Made by a program: the position numbers and the translations under genes. From Albugo candida (taxonomy: Eukaryota), in NCBI GenBank assembly GCA_040437565.1, contig JBDOQK010000047.1:62001-126000 (forward strand): 64,000 nucleotides of DNA, read 5' to 3'. Below are positions 23,201 through 36,267 of this stretch, piece by piece. How positions within the stretch are numbered: the stretch's first letter is position 1; every line of letters starts with the position of its first letter. The notes under the pieces were generated by a model, which saw nothing but the letters and a program-made list of their open reading frames with translations, ran no database searches and was not told where the DNA came from.

Positions 23201-26200
23201 TGCTGGGAAGGCGATGTATACCATTGGAGAAAGTTCTCATACGTCAGCTGGCCTTGTTGATCGCGTTTGACCTGAAGGAAGGCTTGTTCGGCTGTGATCA
23301 TCGCCAGCTCTTGCGGTGGAACGCCTGCATCTGTCTTCATGCCCGGTTGGATTTCATAAAGCACACGAAAAATTGAGCTCAAATAACGTGTCATCTCTTC
23401 CATAGATATGAATCCATCGCCGTTAAAGTCGTACAGCCGGAACGTAGCTCTCAATTTCGCATCTTGTGCTCCTTTGCACAGAACGGAGAGACCGCTTGCC
23501 AATTCACTGAAATCGATCGTTCCGTATTCGTCGGAAGCGAAGACATGGAACAATCGCGTGCTGATCATTTTGGCTCGTGCTCGCTGGAGAATCGATGAGG
23601 AGTAAGCCAGTTGAATAAACGTATCCATACACTGATCAAATGATTCTCTCGTGAGACGATTCTCTGCATCGGCGTGCTCTGCAAGTCGCTCGAATACATC
23701 GACAACATCAAAGGTTTGTAAATTTGTCAGCATTCGAACTTCTTCCAAGGAAAATGGCGCCGATAGATTACACAGAAATGTTTCTTTCGGCATAACAAAC
23801 CATTCCTTGAATTCGAGCAAGCTGATTTCCTGGCCAGATTTCTCAGGATCGCTCGTGCTGATTGCATACGCGAGAATGGATGCGAGATCGGTAGCTGACG
23901 TGGCCATACTTTCAAAATGCGTCGGATCCATTGCATTGATCACAAGCAATGCGTTCATGAGATATTCTTCAAAAGTATTTGGTGATATCGTCCCATTTTG
24001 CTGTGAAAAAGCTGTGAAGGCTGCTTGTGCTTGGTCCATTGAGTGCATGAAAGCCGTAAATCCAGCCAAAATGCTTTTGAAATGCACTTTTCCCGATCCA
24101 AAAGTCGAGTAAATGCGATCAACAACGTCTTCGACTTTGATCTGCTCACTCAGCACGTATTCGAATCGCTTTGTGAGCTCTTTGACACATTCGTGCAAGT
24201 TTGTATGCGATAGAAACCCATTTCTTTCCGCTTTGGATACGAGGAGATTGTACATTTGTTGGAAAGAGATATCATTCAGACCCAATGATCGCTCCACATA
24301 TTCCATAGGGATCGCTTTACGCTCCGATGTAGAGGTTGCATCGGGTTTTCGACTAGAAGACTTGAGCATGCTGGCGCGATCACGTTGTAAAGCGATCCAT
24401 TGTGTGAATTCCTCCAAGCTTAGCTTATGATCGCCATTTCTATCGAATTCGCAAAAGCATTCTCTCGTCGTTGCAATTGCAAGTTCTTCAGCCGTATTGC
24501 CCAAATATTGATCAAGTGATGGATCTGCCTTGTACATGACCTTGAAAACCGCAGTGAGGTACGCAATCATCTCATTTTGAGAGATGTATCCATCTTGATC
24601 GCGATCGTATAATGTGAAGAGCGATTGTGAGCGTTGTTCAAGGCTTCCACCACAAAGAATAGAGATTCCTGCAGCGAGTTCTACGACATCGATAATGCCA
24701 TTTTCATCCGTATCGAACAGTTGGAATAGCTCTGTAAGTAGCTGCTGTACGTCTTTCTTCATTGGTCGTATAGTTTCATTTCCTTGACGTGTGTCTTCTT
24801 TGAGTCGGGAAGACACGATCGGGTAGCCAACGCCACAGTTTGATGTCGATAAAAGCTTGTTGAAACACTGGAGAAACACCTGACAATCCATTTGTTGGTC
24901 TTTTGCTGACAGCTTGAAGAATTCCAGGACATCATTCACGTCAAAGTTAGCAAGGTTGAGTTCTTCCTTCATTTCTTGAAGCGCTTTTTCGGATAGGAAG
25001 ACCGATCGCATGAGCTTGTTTTCCGATATTTCGACATGTGCGGGTGTATTCGAATGCTCGATGCCATTTCTATCCATCAATTTGCGATTTGGAAGGAAGA
25101 TTGGGCCCTGCGAAGGTCGAGACATGTACCATTTCTTGATCTCTTTGAAGCTTAGACGTCCATCTTGACTCAATTCTGCAGCTTGGAAAGCCTCGTCAAC
25201 AGTGGCAAGCGCCAGCTCCTCACAGGTTACTTGAAGTACTTCCGCAAGCTCGGGAACCACACCGTAAACCATACGAAAGACAGATGCAAAATACGTTTCC
25301 ATTTCCTCACGTGCAATGAGTCCATCTTGCTGAATGTCAAAGAGCGTGAATACAGCCTGGATCTTCTCATGCTCCGATCCAGAACAAAGCACTGATAAGC
25401 CACTGGCAAGCTCGCAAAAATCAACCATTCCGTCTTGATCTGTATCGTACTCTTTGAAAATACGGTCCAACAACGTCCGAACTTGATCGTTTGGACCGAA
25501 ATCTGTCATTCCCATAAGTTCCACGAATGCTTGATGGAATGCCGCAAGGGATAAGACTCCTTCTTCATTCACTTTGGCAGCAACAACCTCAAACACCTCG
25601 GCTGCTTGACGACTTTGTAGTGTTGTAAGTGCTGCCAAGCGATTGATCGAAGATGCAACGAATTGTTCGTGATCATCAGAAGCCTTTGTCTGATCGAATT
25701 CGACCGCATAATCGGCGCGTTTTGGTTCAGCAACATGCTCAGTGGTATTCTGATGGTCACGAGACGGTGAATGTGGAGGCATAAATGATTGATTGACATT
25801 GTTTATGAACCACTGCTGAAATTCAGGGAAAGAAAGCCTTTGATTCCGCTTGCCGAATCGCTCAAACGCATCATTTGCCATGTGATAAGCTGTTGTTTCC
25901 GGATCGAATGCGCACTTCCACACACTTGCAGCTGATGTAGCAAGTGCTTGTTGAGCGATCTCAAATACAAAAGTGAGGTGGCTCCGCATGTCTTCCTGTG
26001 TGATATATCCGTCTCCATCGACGTCCATCAGTTGGAAAGCGGCATGAGCTCTCCCACCACTGCAAAGACTGTTTAGAGCAGCACGCAATTCCGTGAAATT
26101 CACATAGTTATTGCCCTGTTGATCGATCTGATCGAAAATCGTGTCGATTTCTAGAGCGATCCGATTGGTAAAGCTCCTCTTCTGTGTTGCAAAAAAACGC

Positions 26201-27428
26201 TGGAAACCGTTCTTAAAGTCTTCTTTAGTCACCACGCGCGTTGGTTGTTCTCCCCAGGCCTCTGCATCGTTGAGTATCTCACTATCTGTTGAATGGTATC
26301 GAGAAAACAATTCCATCATTTCGTCAATATGCGCGCTGTCAAGGTCGAGTTCTTCGGGTAGTTCCTCAGCCACGGGATTTTGCTGCACGTTGTACATCCT
26401 ATCAGCGACAACTTTGGCCGGATTAAAGTTGATGTACCACTATTTCAACAGAGATGAGTCAGGATCCTTGCATAGAAGCCTGGAAGTCGTACCTTTTGAA
26501 AGTTTTGGAATGATATTTTGCCTGTAACAAAGCAGTGATTCCGTTGGAAGCATTCTTCTGCAGTAAAACGTCCAAGCTCGGTCGAGGTCATTCTAATATA
26601 GAAGCAGTCAATTCACGCCCCGCCGAATTCCGTCAATCAATACCTGATATTTTCCAAGTGTAGCGGTGAAATAATGTCAGTAATATCGATCGTGGACGTG
26701 ATCAAATGGCTCAATTCGTCCATTGTGAGACCACCTTTCTGCATTGTATCGTACACATCGAATAAAACTCTGATTTTCTCGTCCCGATCGCCACCGGTAA
26801 ACACTGAGAGACCCGTTAAAAGCGCTTTTAAATCCACTTTCCCAGTTCCTTGTCGATCAAACATTTCAAAAATGCGATAAAACATCTCCCGAATCACTGA
26901 ATCGTATCGTCCTGATTCTGATAAAAGTTTATCCACTGAACGTTCAAAGGTTTGGAGATCTATTGCAGCTCCTGTGCAAGCTTGGCACATTACGTTTGCA
27001 ATCAGACCCAGATCAAAATCAGATAGATCCACATCTTTCCAGTCAAGAATATGCGTCTTTTCCTCCATTGTTTGCGACTCCAGCATGGTAGCATTCTCCG
27101 CGAGAAGAACTTTCATCCATGGAGCTGTAGTCGAAGTATTTGCGGCTCCAAAGCGCTGCGGGGAAGCAGATACCACGGATAATGGGAATATGATGCGAGT
27201 TTTTTCATCGCGGAGAGCACACGGAGCCTGCTGGTCGCTCAAATCGAAGATTGCTGTGATACATTCTTGTAATTCTTCAACACTTATTCCTGGGTACACA
27301 TAAAGCTTCTTTTTGCAATGTTTATGCTCTAAATAGAGGGCAGTAATGTCATGTTCTTTTGCTACATGTCATGTGATAAGCATTGGATATTGTGATGTTA
27401 TCAATTGATACGCACCGATGAGCGCCAT
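20222..27428 (-). CDS. Giant tandem recoverin/NCS-type EF-hand protein, 2331 aa; exons 27428-27416, 27361-26644, 26592-26493, 26439-20314, 20260-20222
   Basis: About 11 repeats of F..FD.D..G.vDF.EL.sGLSvLC.G...eK...F.LYD...DG.I...EM...EF..WY; exon phases sum to 6996 nt. Confidence 0.9.
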
Positions 27429-28606
27429 TTTGGATACGCCCGTAATCAAGAATTGCTAGCGCGTTGAATTGAAGATGTTACGGTAGGTGCACCTTTATAA
27501 GCATGAGTATCCCCACCGGCCTGATTAAAAGGCCCTATTATATTATAATTGAGCATTATAACTTATAGCAAATTGCGTGATGTGTAGTGTGTATTCGACT
27601 GAAGGATTTGATGGTCTGAATGAGCTGGAATGTGACACAAACAGCTTCCATCATCGCCGGTAAAGGTGGATTGTTATCGCAAGACAGCTGAGTTGTATCT
27701 TATTGACAAGAAATATGGTCAATGTGAGGTCTGAGGTCTGAGGTCTCAGTTGATGCATAATGATTTGATGAGCTTTCTCTGTGTGTGATTTCGAAGCCTA
27801 TAACATTGGGATAGCCAGTAGTTCTGTTCACGTATTGCATTGAAAGATAAGCTAAACAAGTCGAATGAGTACATCTAATCGAAATGGCACACAGACGAAC
27901 AACTGCGCACGAGACAATCCAATGGTAGCGACACTGACGATATTGATTGTACATTTATTCACCCCATTGGAGGTCTTATAAACGTTGTTAACACCATTCA
28001 GGTCGTCTAGCATTATATTACGATCACGAGCTTAGCCGCGTTTCTAGCCTTTCTCGTAGTAATCTTATCCGTCTATCTTTTGTGTGCATTTCTTTGCTTC
28101 TCAGTTGTGTTTGTAGCAATCATCTTGAGTTTTCTCCTTTCGTATATCTGCTATCACTTTTTTGGAGTAGCGATGACTTTACTAGACTCTTAATGGCTCA
28201 TCAGCAATATACGCGTGTTTGAATTAGTAGATACACGCAACTCGATACCCGTGCAGCTCCGATATCGCTGTTCTTTTGGTCTGCTTCAGATCTTACTCCA
28301 AATAGCGCTCAATACAATTGCGTGTCGATTTAAAAAAGCATCACCAGAAATTGGTCAGAAATCGAACTTCAATTCGAAAGACTTTAAAATGTGATAGTAT
28401 CATCAAAATTACGACTCATAACTGACTGCTTCTCTGATACTATTTGCATTCAAACTCTGCCTCCATCACATCGGCCTCACTGAAAACTTGATACTTGGTA
28501 TACCAGCCATGTCGATAAAAGTAGTGGAAATAACAATTCCCTATATATTTGATTGTAATTAGGCATTCGTTAGTGCATTTTTTCGATCCACCAGATAGGG
28601 CGTTAT

Positions 28607-30373
28607 TTAGCGCATGTGCTGCATCACCGCACGTAAACCATACAATAAATTTGCTTGCTTCCGAGCTTCAGCGACAATGAGCGTCACATGCATTTTCTCT
28701 GATGAATCTAATGTGCGGTCGAAATGCTCAAAATCTCGCTTGGATACTTTCCACGGAGTGCAAGCAACTTTCTTGATAAAAAATTTGGTGGGGCGATTCA
28801 AATAATAATTGATCTGACGATAATTATAGTCGTCGTGACAGATCCCAAAGATGCGATGCACGTAGTACCAAATAGCCATTCGATACGGACAGGTGTCGAT
28901 ATTTCTAATCGGATCGCCTCCGATATAATCATACGTAAGCTTCCTCGTAATATTGAACATATCCTCGAGAATCTGCCCTGCTTCACCGGGAAAGTACCGT
29001 CGTACCAAAGAGAAGCAATGCTCATCCCAGCTAAAATCTTCGGTATGCAGTACATCATACGCTTGTGATCGAACGTCAAAATCAGTATACTGACAGACCA
29101 CACTGCCACAAAATCGCCATAATGTATCACATCGACGACGTTTCATATTACTCGTCCAGTCCAACTCACCATTCTCATCGATGATCCCGAAATTGTCATC
29201 CAAAACATCATCCACAACCGCGTCATAATTCTCTTCTTCTTTGCAAGCTGAATCCAATTCATGCATACCATTCTCAAGTCGTCTTAGCAGTAATAAATCA
29301 TCTCTTTCCATTGCAGCGATATCCAGTTCGGAACTATCTAGACTGCTGCTGGTCGAATTGCTCCTCCTTTCTGTTCCCCGCAAATCTTTCTGATCACTCG
29401 ATTGGACACGTTGGACTGGGTACGCTGGATCCGAATCATTCTCCAAGACTTCATTATACTCGATAAATACTGCCAGATCCTCTTCTTCAGCACATCCAAC
29501 ACCAAGTGCGACACAGCACATTGAATTGTATATACTGAAAACGATGATAGCATGAACCAACTCGGAAACGGACCATGAGTCTTCTCTCTCAGACGACAAT
29601 AAGTCGGCAATATGGTGTGGTTCTATGAGCCACGGACGATGAGCAAGTAACGATCCAAGTTCATGAAACTGGAATAGCTTTTCGGGTATGAAGTCAATAC
29701 CACGGATCCATTCTGGGTCGCCTCTGTTTACGATGAATTGAAACTCTTGAATCTCAGCAAAGTAATTGCATCGAGATTCCGCACTGGCCATAAGAGCAAT
29801 ATAACATCGCCATTGTAGTGGTAGTGTTCCATCTCGTATCATCGTGCTGTCCAGACACGAGTGGAAACACTTTAAATATTCTCGATGAGATGCCAACAAC
29901 TGGTTAAAGTGGTCAATTCGTCCAGTGCGCAGGAAAACAGTTTGAAAGATTTTGATCAACTGTTGATCCTCGCTTGATTTCCACGCATCAAGATCTTGAT
30001 TGTTGATGAAGTAAGAGATACGAGGGGTTGCGTGTAAATTCTGAAATTGTTCTGGCCATCTGGCTTGAATTGTACTGACTATAGACACAAAAGCCTCTTG
30101 AATGGTGGGAAACGGTGCTTCTCGTGCCAGCCGCATCATGGACGGATAATAGTCCAATAGGAATTCGAGCTGATTCTGTTCAATGAACTCTTGCACTTCG
30201 CTGACAAGTTCAAGCGTCATTTTACTCTGCAAATTTGTATCGGCAACAAGTAAACGCTGAAAGAATGCATGTTCTTTGAGACCAACTACTCGAGCGCGAA
30301 TTGCGATTGAGTCCGATTCTAAGTCGACATATTGTGTTTGAGAATAGCATTTTTTGTACACATTAGCTGCCAT
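28607..30373 (-). CDS. SESN: Sestrin (PA26 family)
   Basis: LAHRPWLI, WSVSELVHAI, FSWDEH, AIWYYVHRIFGICHDDYNY, SEKMHV, EARKQANLLYGLRA. Confidence 0.95.
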   Translation of the reverse strand: MAANVYKKCYSQTQYVDLESDSIAIRARVVGLKEHAFFQRLLVADTNLQSKMTLELVSEVQEFIEQNQLEFLLDYYPSMMRLAREAPFPTIQEAFVSIVSTIQARWPEQFQNLHATPRISYFINNQDLDAWKSSEDQQLIKIFQTVFLRTGRIDHFNQLLASHREYLKCFHSCLDSTMIRDGTLPLQWRCYIALMASAESRCNYFAEIQEFQFIVNRGDPEWIRGIDFIPEKLFQFHELGSLLAHRPWLIEPHHIADLLSSEREDSWSVSELVHAIIVFSIYNSMCCVALGVGCAEEEDLAVFIEYNEVLENDSDPAYPVQRVQSSDQKDLRGTERRSNSTSSSLDSSELDIAAMERDDLLLLRRLENGMHELDSACKEEENYDAVVDDVLDDNFGIIDENGELDWTSNMKRRRCDTLWRFCGSVVCQYTDFDVRSQAYDVLHTEDFSWDEHCFSLVRRYFPGEAGQILEDMFNITRKLTYDYIGGDPIRNIDTCPYRMAIWYYVHRIFGICHDDYNYRQINYYLNRPTKFFIKKVACTPWKVSKRDFEHFDRTLDSSEKMHVTLIVAEARKQANLLYGLRAVMQHMR

Positions 30374-31337
30374 ATTCTCCAAGAATGTCAGGAAAGTTCC
30401 AGATGGAATTTTTTTCGTCAATGTAAAGAGTTGGTCTGATCGTCCGTCAAAAACCGGCTCTCGATAGTGATTGACTTGGATGTTGTTAAAAGAATATTGA
30501 AATCAAATAGAAACAACCTATTCGATATTTTAAGTTTGTGTGAATCGAACTTCAACTGCGGCGGTCTTTTTCTTTTCTGTTGTCGCGGGAAAATGTGATC
30601 GGAATTTTACCTGTGCTGACTTTCTGTTATGAAATAGCTTTCTGTAATTACTATTATACTGTTCACGTGATTCGCCTCACTTTATACACGTTCCAACAAG
30701 AGAAAGGAGCTATCAATCACACACTATACTCTCTGCCAAACGTGAGAAATATGAGAAGGTAGAAGGAGCAAAAGAATCATCGCGTACATACAAACGCGCG
30801 TGTTCAAAATTACTCAGGTTTGTCTCACAATACGGAACAAGGGCAGGCTACTATAACTTTCTGGAAGACTGCAAGTCGGAACAATGAGAATCTCTGCACC
30901 GGTAAAGCGATTTTAAATTTTCTTAAGCCCTATTCGGTGGAAGTGACGAGATATAGAAGCTGCTTTGTTACTTTTCGACACTCTCTTTGAGACAGCCGAT
31001 ATAAAAAACGCCGTCTATTCATACCCATCAACTGTAATCCACTTCAAGTTTCCACATTATGAAACTTGAATAGTACAGACCCATTATAACTGGTACATTG
31101 ATGGCCTATCCGATGATTTGAAGAGTGCAGGGAAGCGCGAACAAAAATGCGTGTCAAATTAATATCCTGCAACAATTGCTTCGGCTACATGAGACAGAAA
31201 CCCGATATTATAATATTATTGATTTGCCATATTGCATCCTATAATCAGATAATTCTCACATCTAATATTTTCCACATGTTCGCTTCGCGACGCTCTTATT
31301 CGCGCTCTCCCTGCTCTTTCTCCCAAATTCCTACCGA

Positions 31338-32520
31338 TCAGTTTTCGATCTTCCCATCACACTCGAATGCAGTTGCTACAATGTTCTTCTCTACCTTTGG
31401 TTCCATGTTCTGGGTGTGCTCTCCCGGGTCAGTTGCGTCGAGAGCATCTGTTTCGTATAGTATGTCTTCCACTTCAATGTGGGCGATGGTCTCCTCCTTG
31501 ATTCCGTGAATGCGTCCTACTTCTTCCATATCTCTTTCACACTCCTCCTTAACTTCATAGGCATCTGAATTTGGCAGATTGTAAAATCCATACACGATAA
31601 GAACCAGAAGAGCTTCGAAAAATGCGATATTTAGTATGAACAAAAATGCGGTGGCAATCGACCAATTATACATCAAGTACGGAATCCCAGTCAATTGCGC
31701 AATGATTGTCAGCTTTGCTGAATAAATTTGGATCTCTGGATGATTCAATACAATCTTGACATTCGTCAGTGGACTCTTTTTATTTTCTTCATATCCAATC
31801 ATTACTGGCACCCAGATACGCTGAGTAGGTTCAGATAGCGATAAAAGATGCGGGAAGAACCAGACACCGCGTCGTACGAGACGTATAAGTGAATTCGTTT
31901 CGCGGACAATCACAGGTCGTGCACTCGATGCCAACGTCATTTTCCCACCTGCTGTTTGTACATGTGTGTATATCATAAACATACCTATTTTATAGTTTAC
32001 AGATGATTCGGGAACATTCAGCTCAACAAATAAGTCGTATTTTACACCAGCGACGAGAAGACCTTTTTTTCTCGCGTCAACCTCAGTATGCGACTTCCAA
32101 TGCCTGTGCGGTTCCAAAAGATCCAACTTAGCTGTTGGCAGCGTAAGATTTAATTTCCGATCGTAGTCACGCACGAGGTGAGCATGATTTCCGTAGTCAA
32201 AGTAGATTTCCTGATCGTGACATCTCGTCGGCATTATCAAGTGATACATTAACGCATAAATTAGTGCTGCAGATGCAAATAATAGCCCAAGAGCAGTGCA
32301 AAACTGACTCAACGTGAGTCGTACTGATGTATAAGTAGCATATATTCTGACTTACTTGCAATATTCGCCCAAGCCATAATAATCCGACATGCAAGTAATG
32401 TCTTGCTTCTCGCTGAAAATCGATCCTCTCCAATTGCTTTTCTTCACCAGACACTGGTCGACTCAAGAAGACACTGAACGGTAGGAAAGAAGTCAATGTA
32501 GTCCACGACACCCACTGCAT
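31338..32520 (-). CDS. Seipin (BSCL2 family); intron about 32356-32304; alternative start at 32553
   Basis: TM, then YFDY...YDLFVELNVPESSVNYKIGMFM...SSARP...IQIYSAKL..AQLTGIPYLMYNW, then second TM. Confidence 0.9.
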
Positions 32521-32769
32521 CCTCGTCCCACTCGGCCCGTGTGTACTACACATGTCACCTGCGAAGAGCTGATATAAGGTCTCGCAAGAAGCTCTGCAGC
32601 TTGAGCCAAAGACATAATATGCTATAAAATTACCTTCTGATTATAGCATAAGCGCCTTCAGACCGTAGAAAATGTATGTAAATTGTCTAGAATTTGGCGT
32701 TCACATTCGCAACGTCTTAATGGTATTGACAACAGCCTTATCAGCCTTGTCTCCATTTGACAACGCTCA

Positions 32770-35114
32770 CTACATTGTAGTACGATCAACTCGGTAAATT
32801 CGCACGACCCAGGCGGTTGATGTAAACACCTGAGTAAAGTATTGAAGCTCTACGGAATCGAGGAGTTGCTTTTGACGATTCCAATCAAACCCATTTCGTA
32901 CTGGTTCGTTCTCGGTAGAAGACAAAGTACGTTGAAACTCGTGGTAACTCATTTTGTAAAGGAGACTTCGGGTCATGGCACTGGTAGCATTCTCGAAAAA
33001 CTCGAATTGGTTTGTTTGGGCGCCTTGAAACTCCTTCTCAATCACATGATCGGGAAAAGCACCTTCAGCAATGCGTACGACCCACGGAAGTTTGTCGAGA
33101 TCATCTCCATGCATTCCGGATACGCCACCAAACAGTATAAGGATGTAATCAACACCAAGACTTTGTAATATGGGCAGAGCTTCCTCTTCACTGGACATCA
33201 AAACACGTCCAACTGTCGCAATGTGAGTGTCATTCCACGTGTTGTTGTCCACGATAACTGTCCGATTTGCAAGTTGAGATAACTGATAGCCATAATCCCA
33301 CCAGCTCAATATTTTTGCATCTTCCGGTGTGTTGCATCGTAGCCATTGAAAAGCCTCTCGATAGTCATCGTAAATGACTTTGACTCCGGTTGTGCGATTG
33401 CGTTGCTCGATGATCAGGGACGTGGATGAGTATACTTTGCTTGACATCGAAGTAGAATGGCGAAGTTGCATGATTAGAAGCAGCTACGATGCAACATTCA
33501 TTACGCTCATGTTGACATTCAAGCAAACCAATACTTACCGCCAATGCAACCATGACAAGTGAAAGAGCGGAAGAAGCCTTTACCAAAGATTTCTCTTTTA
33601 TTTGTTGATCAAATGCTAGGATCTTGTACCAAATGGATGCCAATTGCGACCAAAAAGATCGTTTTTCTGTCGCTGCTTGCTGGATGCTTGGGTTGGTCAG
33701 ATTTGTCGGAGATGTGAGGTCACGATGCTTTTTCTGCTCTTCCTTGAAGCTTGTATTCTGCAGTGTAGGATTCGCGTGTATCATAGTGCTAATACGACTC
33801 ATAAAGTCGGAAATTCCAAGCGCAGATAAGAAGCATGCGGCTGGTGCGAGAATCAGCAGTATCCGTATCATGATACCTGAAAAGTAGAAGGCTAGTGTCG
33901 CGTATAGTATCATAAACACATGACCCGGCTCCAACTTATCGAAACAGACATATAAGCCATAAGGTGCAAACAATAAAGCTGGCCCAAATGAAGCATAAAA
34001 ACTGCTCCAAGGAGTTGGCTGATGTTCTCCCACGGATGCAATAATCGGAAGATATCTCGTTGCATACGTGGGATTTAATAAGGTCATTATTCGACCTGTG
34101 TACGAGATTTTTCCAAACATTACAGCCACAAAAATTCCAACGCTAAGTATGAGTCCTATCCCAACAATCTTCGGTCTTATCATTGTCCATGTAACAAGCT
34201 TGAGGCTTCTCTTCATTCGACTACTCACGACACACATGTGGAGCAATACGAACGTGACATGCGAAATCATCATCTCGCCTCTAAATATTCCATTAAAGCC
34301 GATAAATGGGACTTGCATAACCAAAAGTGTTGCCAGTACATAAAATGTTCCATATACCACATACACGCAGTCAAAATCTGACTTTGTGTATCCAGTGTAT
34401 GAGTAGCGCATGTATGATTGAACCATCATGACACCGGCATGGAGGGGTATGATGTTGATAATAAAAACGTATCCACCCCAAGAAATTGCCATTCCAAAAT
34501 ATGAGAGTGCTGTACAGGCTGCCCAGAACATGCTTTTGTACTCGACAGCCCGAATCCAGCAGAAAAATGTCAGCACTAAAAGAGGAATTGCGATTGCTTC
34601 ATTATCGTAGGATCCAGCCGTCGACCGAGAAATGTACGCTGGACATATAGCCGTCAATGTGGCTGCCAATAGTGCCGTATTATGACATTTACAAATTTGC
34701 AAGGTCAAAAAGTAGAGCAAGATCGATGTGATCCCCGCAAGAACGGGAGGAAGAAAGACACATATGTGTCGCAAGGCCACCTGAAGATGCAAAGCATCCA
34801 GAAACCAATAGACAAGCGAAGCAGAGATCATAAGGCCCGGATACAATGTGGTACCGACCGAGCGTCCTAGTGGATACCAAACGCGATCATCATACCAGTT
34901 GAAAAAATCAGCAAAGCCAAAATTGACGAGATATTTTGTGGCTCTAAAGTTGAAATGAGGATCGTATTCATGGATTACCTGCAAGTAGAGAATGAATGAA
35001 TGAAGTTGTAGACTAAAAGGCGGAATTACAACATACGCTCCCCCACAGAACCACCGGGAATACGCGGATAGCGATACTGATGACGTAAATCAAGGACAAA
35101 AAAGGTAGGCTCAT
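32770..35114 (-). CDS. STT3: Oligosaccharyltransferase catalytic subunit STT3 (3 exons)
   Basis: VIHEYDPHFN, WYPLGR, SYDNE, SVGEH, WWDYG, DNNTWN, DDLDK motifs. Confidence 0.95.
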
Positions 35115-36267
35115 TCCACGTTAATTAATAACCAATTAAAAGCTAAATGCAACTATTGACGCAGAGATTCGCGCTTATCTCGAGTTTGTAGCGAGCGACT
35201 TTCTCAATTAAAGTCGCACAGAAGTGTTTGCAACGAATGCATTTGATCTCATTCGAAAAAGTGAGATTTGAGTGAAGATCTTCAAGTGAATTAGGGTAGG
35301 AATGATTCAAGCAGATGCTTTGGTCGAAATCTGGATCTTTGCAACGCAAATACCTTCCTGCATATATATCAAGTGCCACTGTTTCGATGACTCGACAGAA
35401 CCAACGGTTTGGATTGGCTACAGTCGCAACTTGAAACAAGTTCGATAGTGCGACGCAAATTTTCAACATTACTTGATTTCAACTCATTTTCTAAGTGGGC
35501 TCTTTGATACAAAAGTGGAAGAGGAAGTAACTTTATACGTTCATTGAGATGAACCGTTCCTTTATAAATATCGTCATTATCTTGTCGCTGCAATATTTGG
35601 CAATTTTTGGTCAAACACTCGTACGATTTGCATCGGAAGGCTTCTTTCCAAGCAGCAATATCGTGGTTTACTATCGTACCACAATATCGGAAAAACCCTG
35701 CCTCAAGTATTCCACAAGTGTGGAACGAGAGACAAGTGTTCAAATGGAGAGAACGAGCATTTTTAACAATTTGTTTCATCACAACGACGGCTNNNNNNNN
35801 NNNNNNNNNNNNNNNNNNNNNNNNNNNNNNNNNNNNNNNNNNNNNNNNNNNNNNNNNNNNNNNNNNNNNNNNNNNNNNNNNNNNNNNNNNNNCTTATCTC
35901 GAGTTTGTAGCGAGCGACTTTCTCAATTAAAGTCGCACAGAAGTGTTTGCAACGAATGCATTTGATCTCATTCGAAAAAGTGAGATTTGAGTGAAGATCT
36001 TCAAGTGAATTAGGGTAGGAATGATTCAAGCAGATGCTTTGGTCGAAATCTGGATCTTTGCAACGCAAATACCTTCCTGCATATATATCAAGTGCCACTG
36101 TTTCGATGACTCGACAGAACCAACGGTTTGGATTGGCTACAGTCGCAACTTGAAACAAGTTCGATAGTGCGACGCAAATTTTCAACATTACTTGATTTCA
36201 ACTCATTTTCTAAGTGGGCTCTTTGATACAAAAGTGGAAGAGGAAGTAACTTTATACGTTCATTGAG

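Noticed and set aside
30430..31330. Longer intergenic tracts (also 61900-62670) scanned for tRNA, snRNA or snoRNA
   Set aside because: No cloverleaf or convincing box motifs seen by eye; an Infernal/Rfam search would be needed to exclude them
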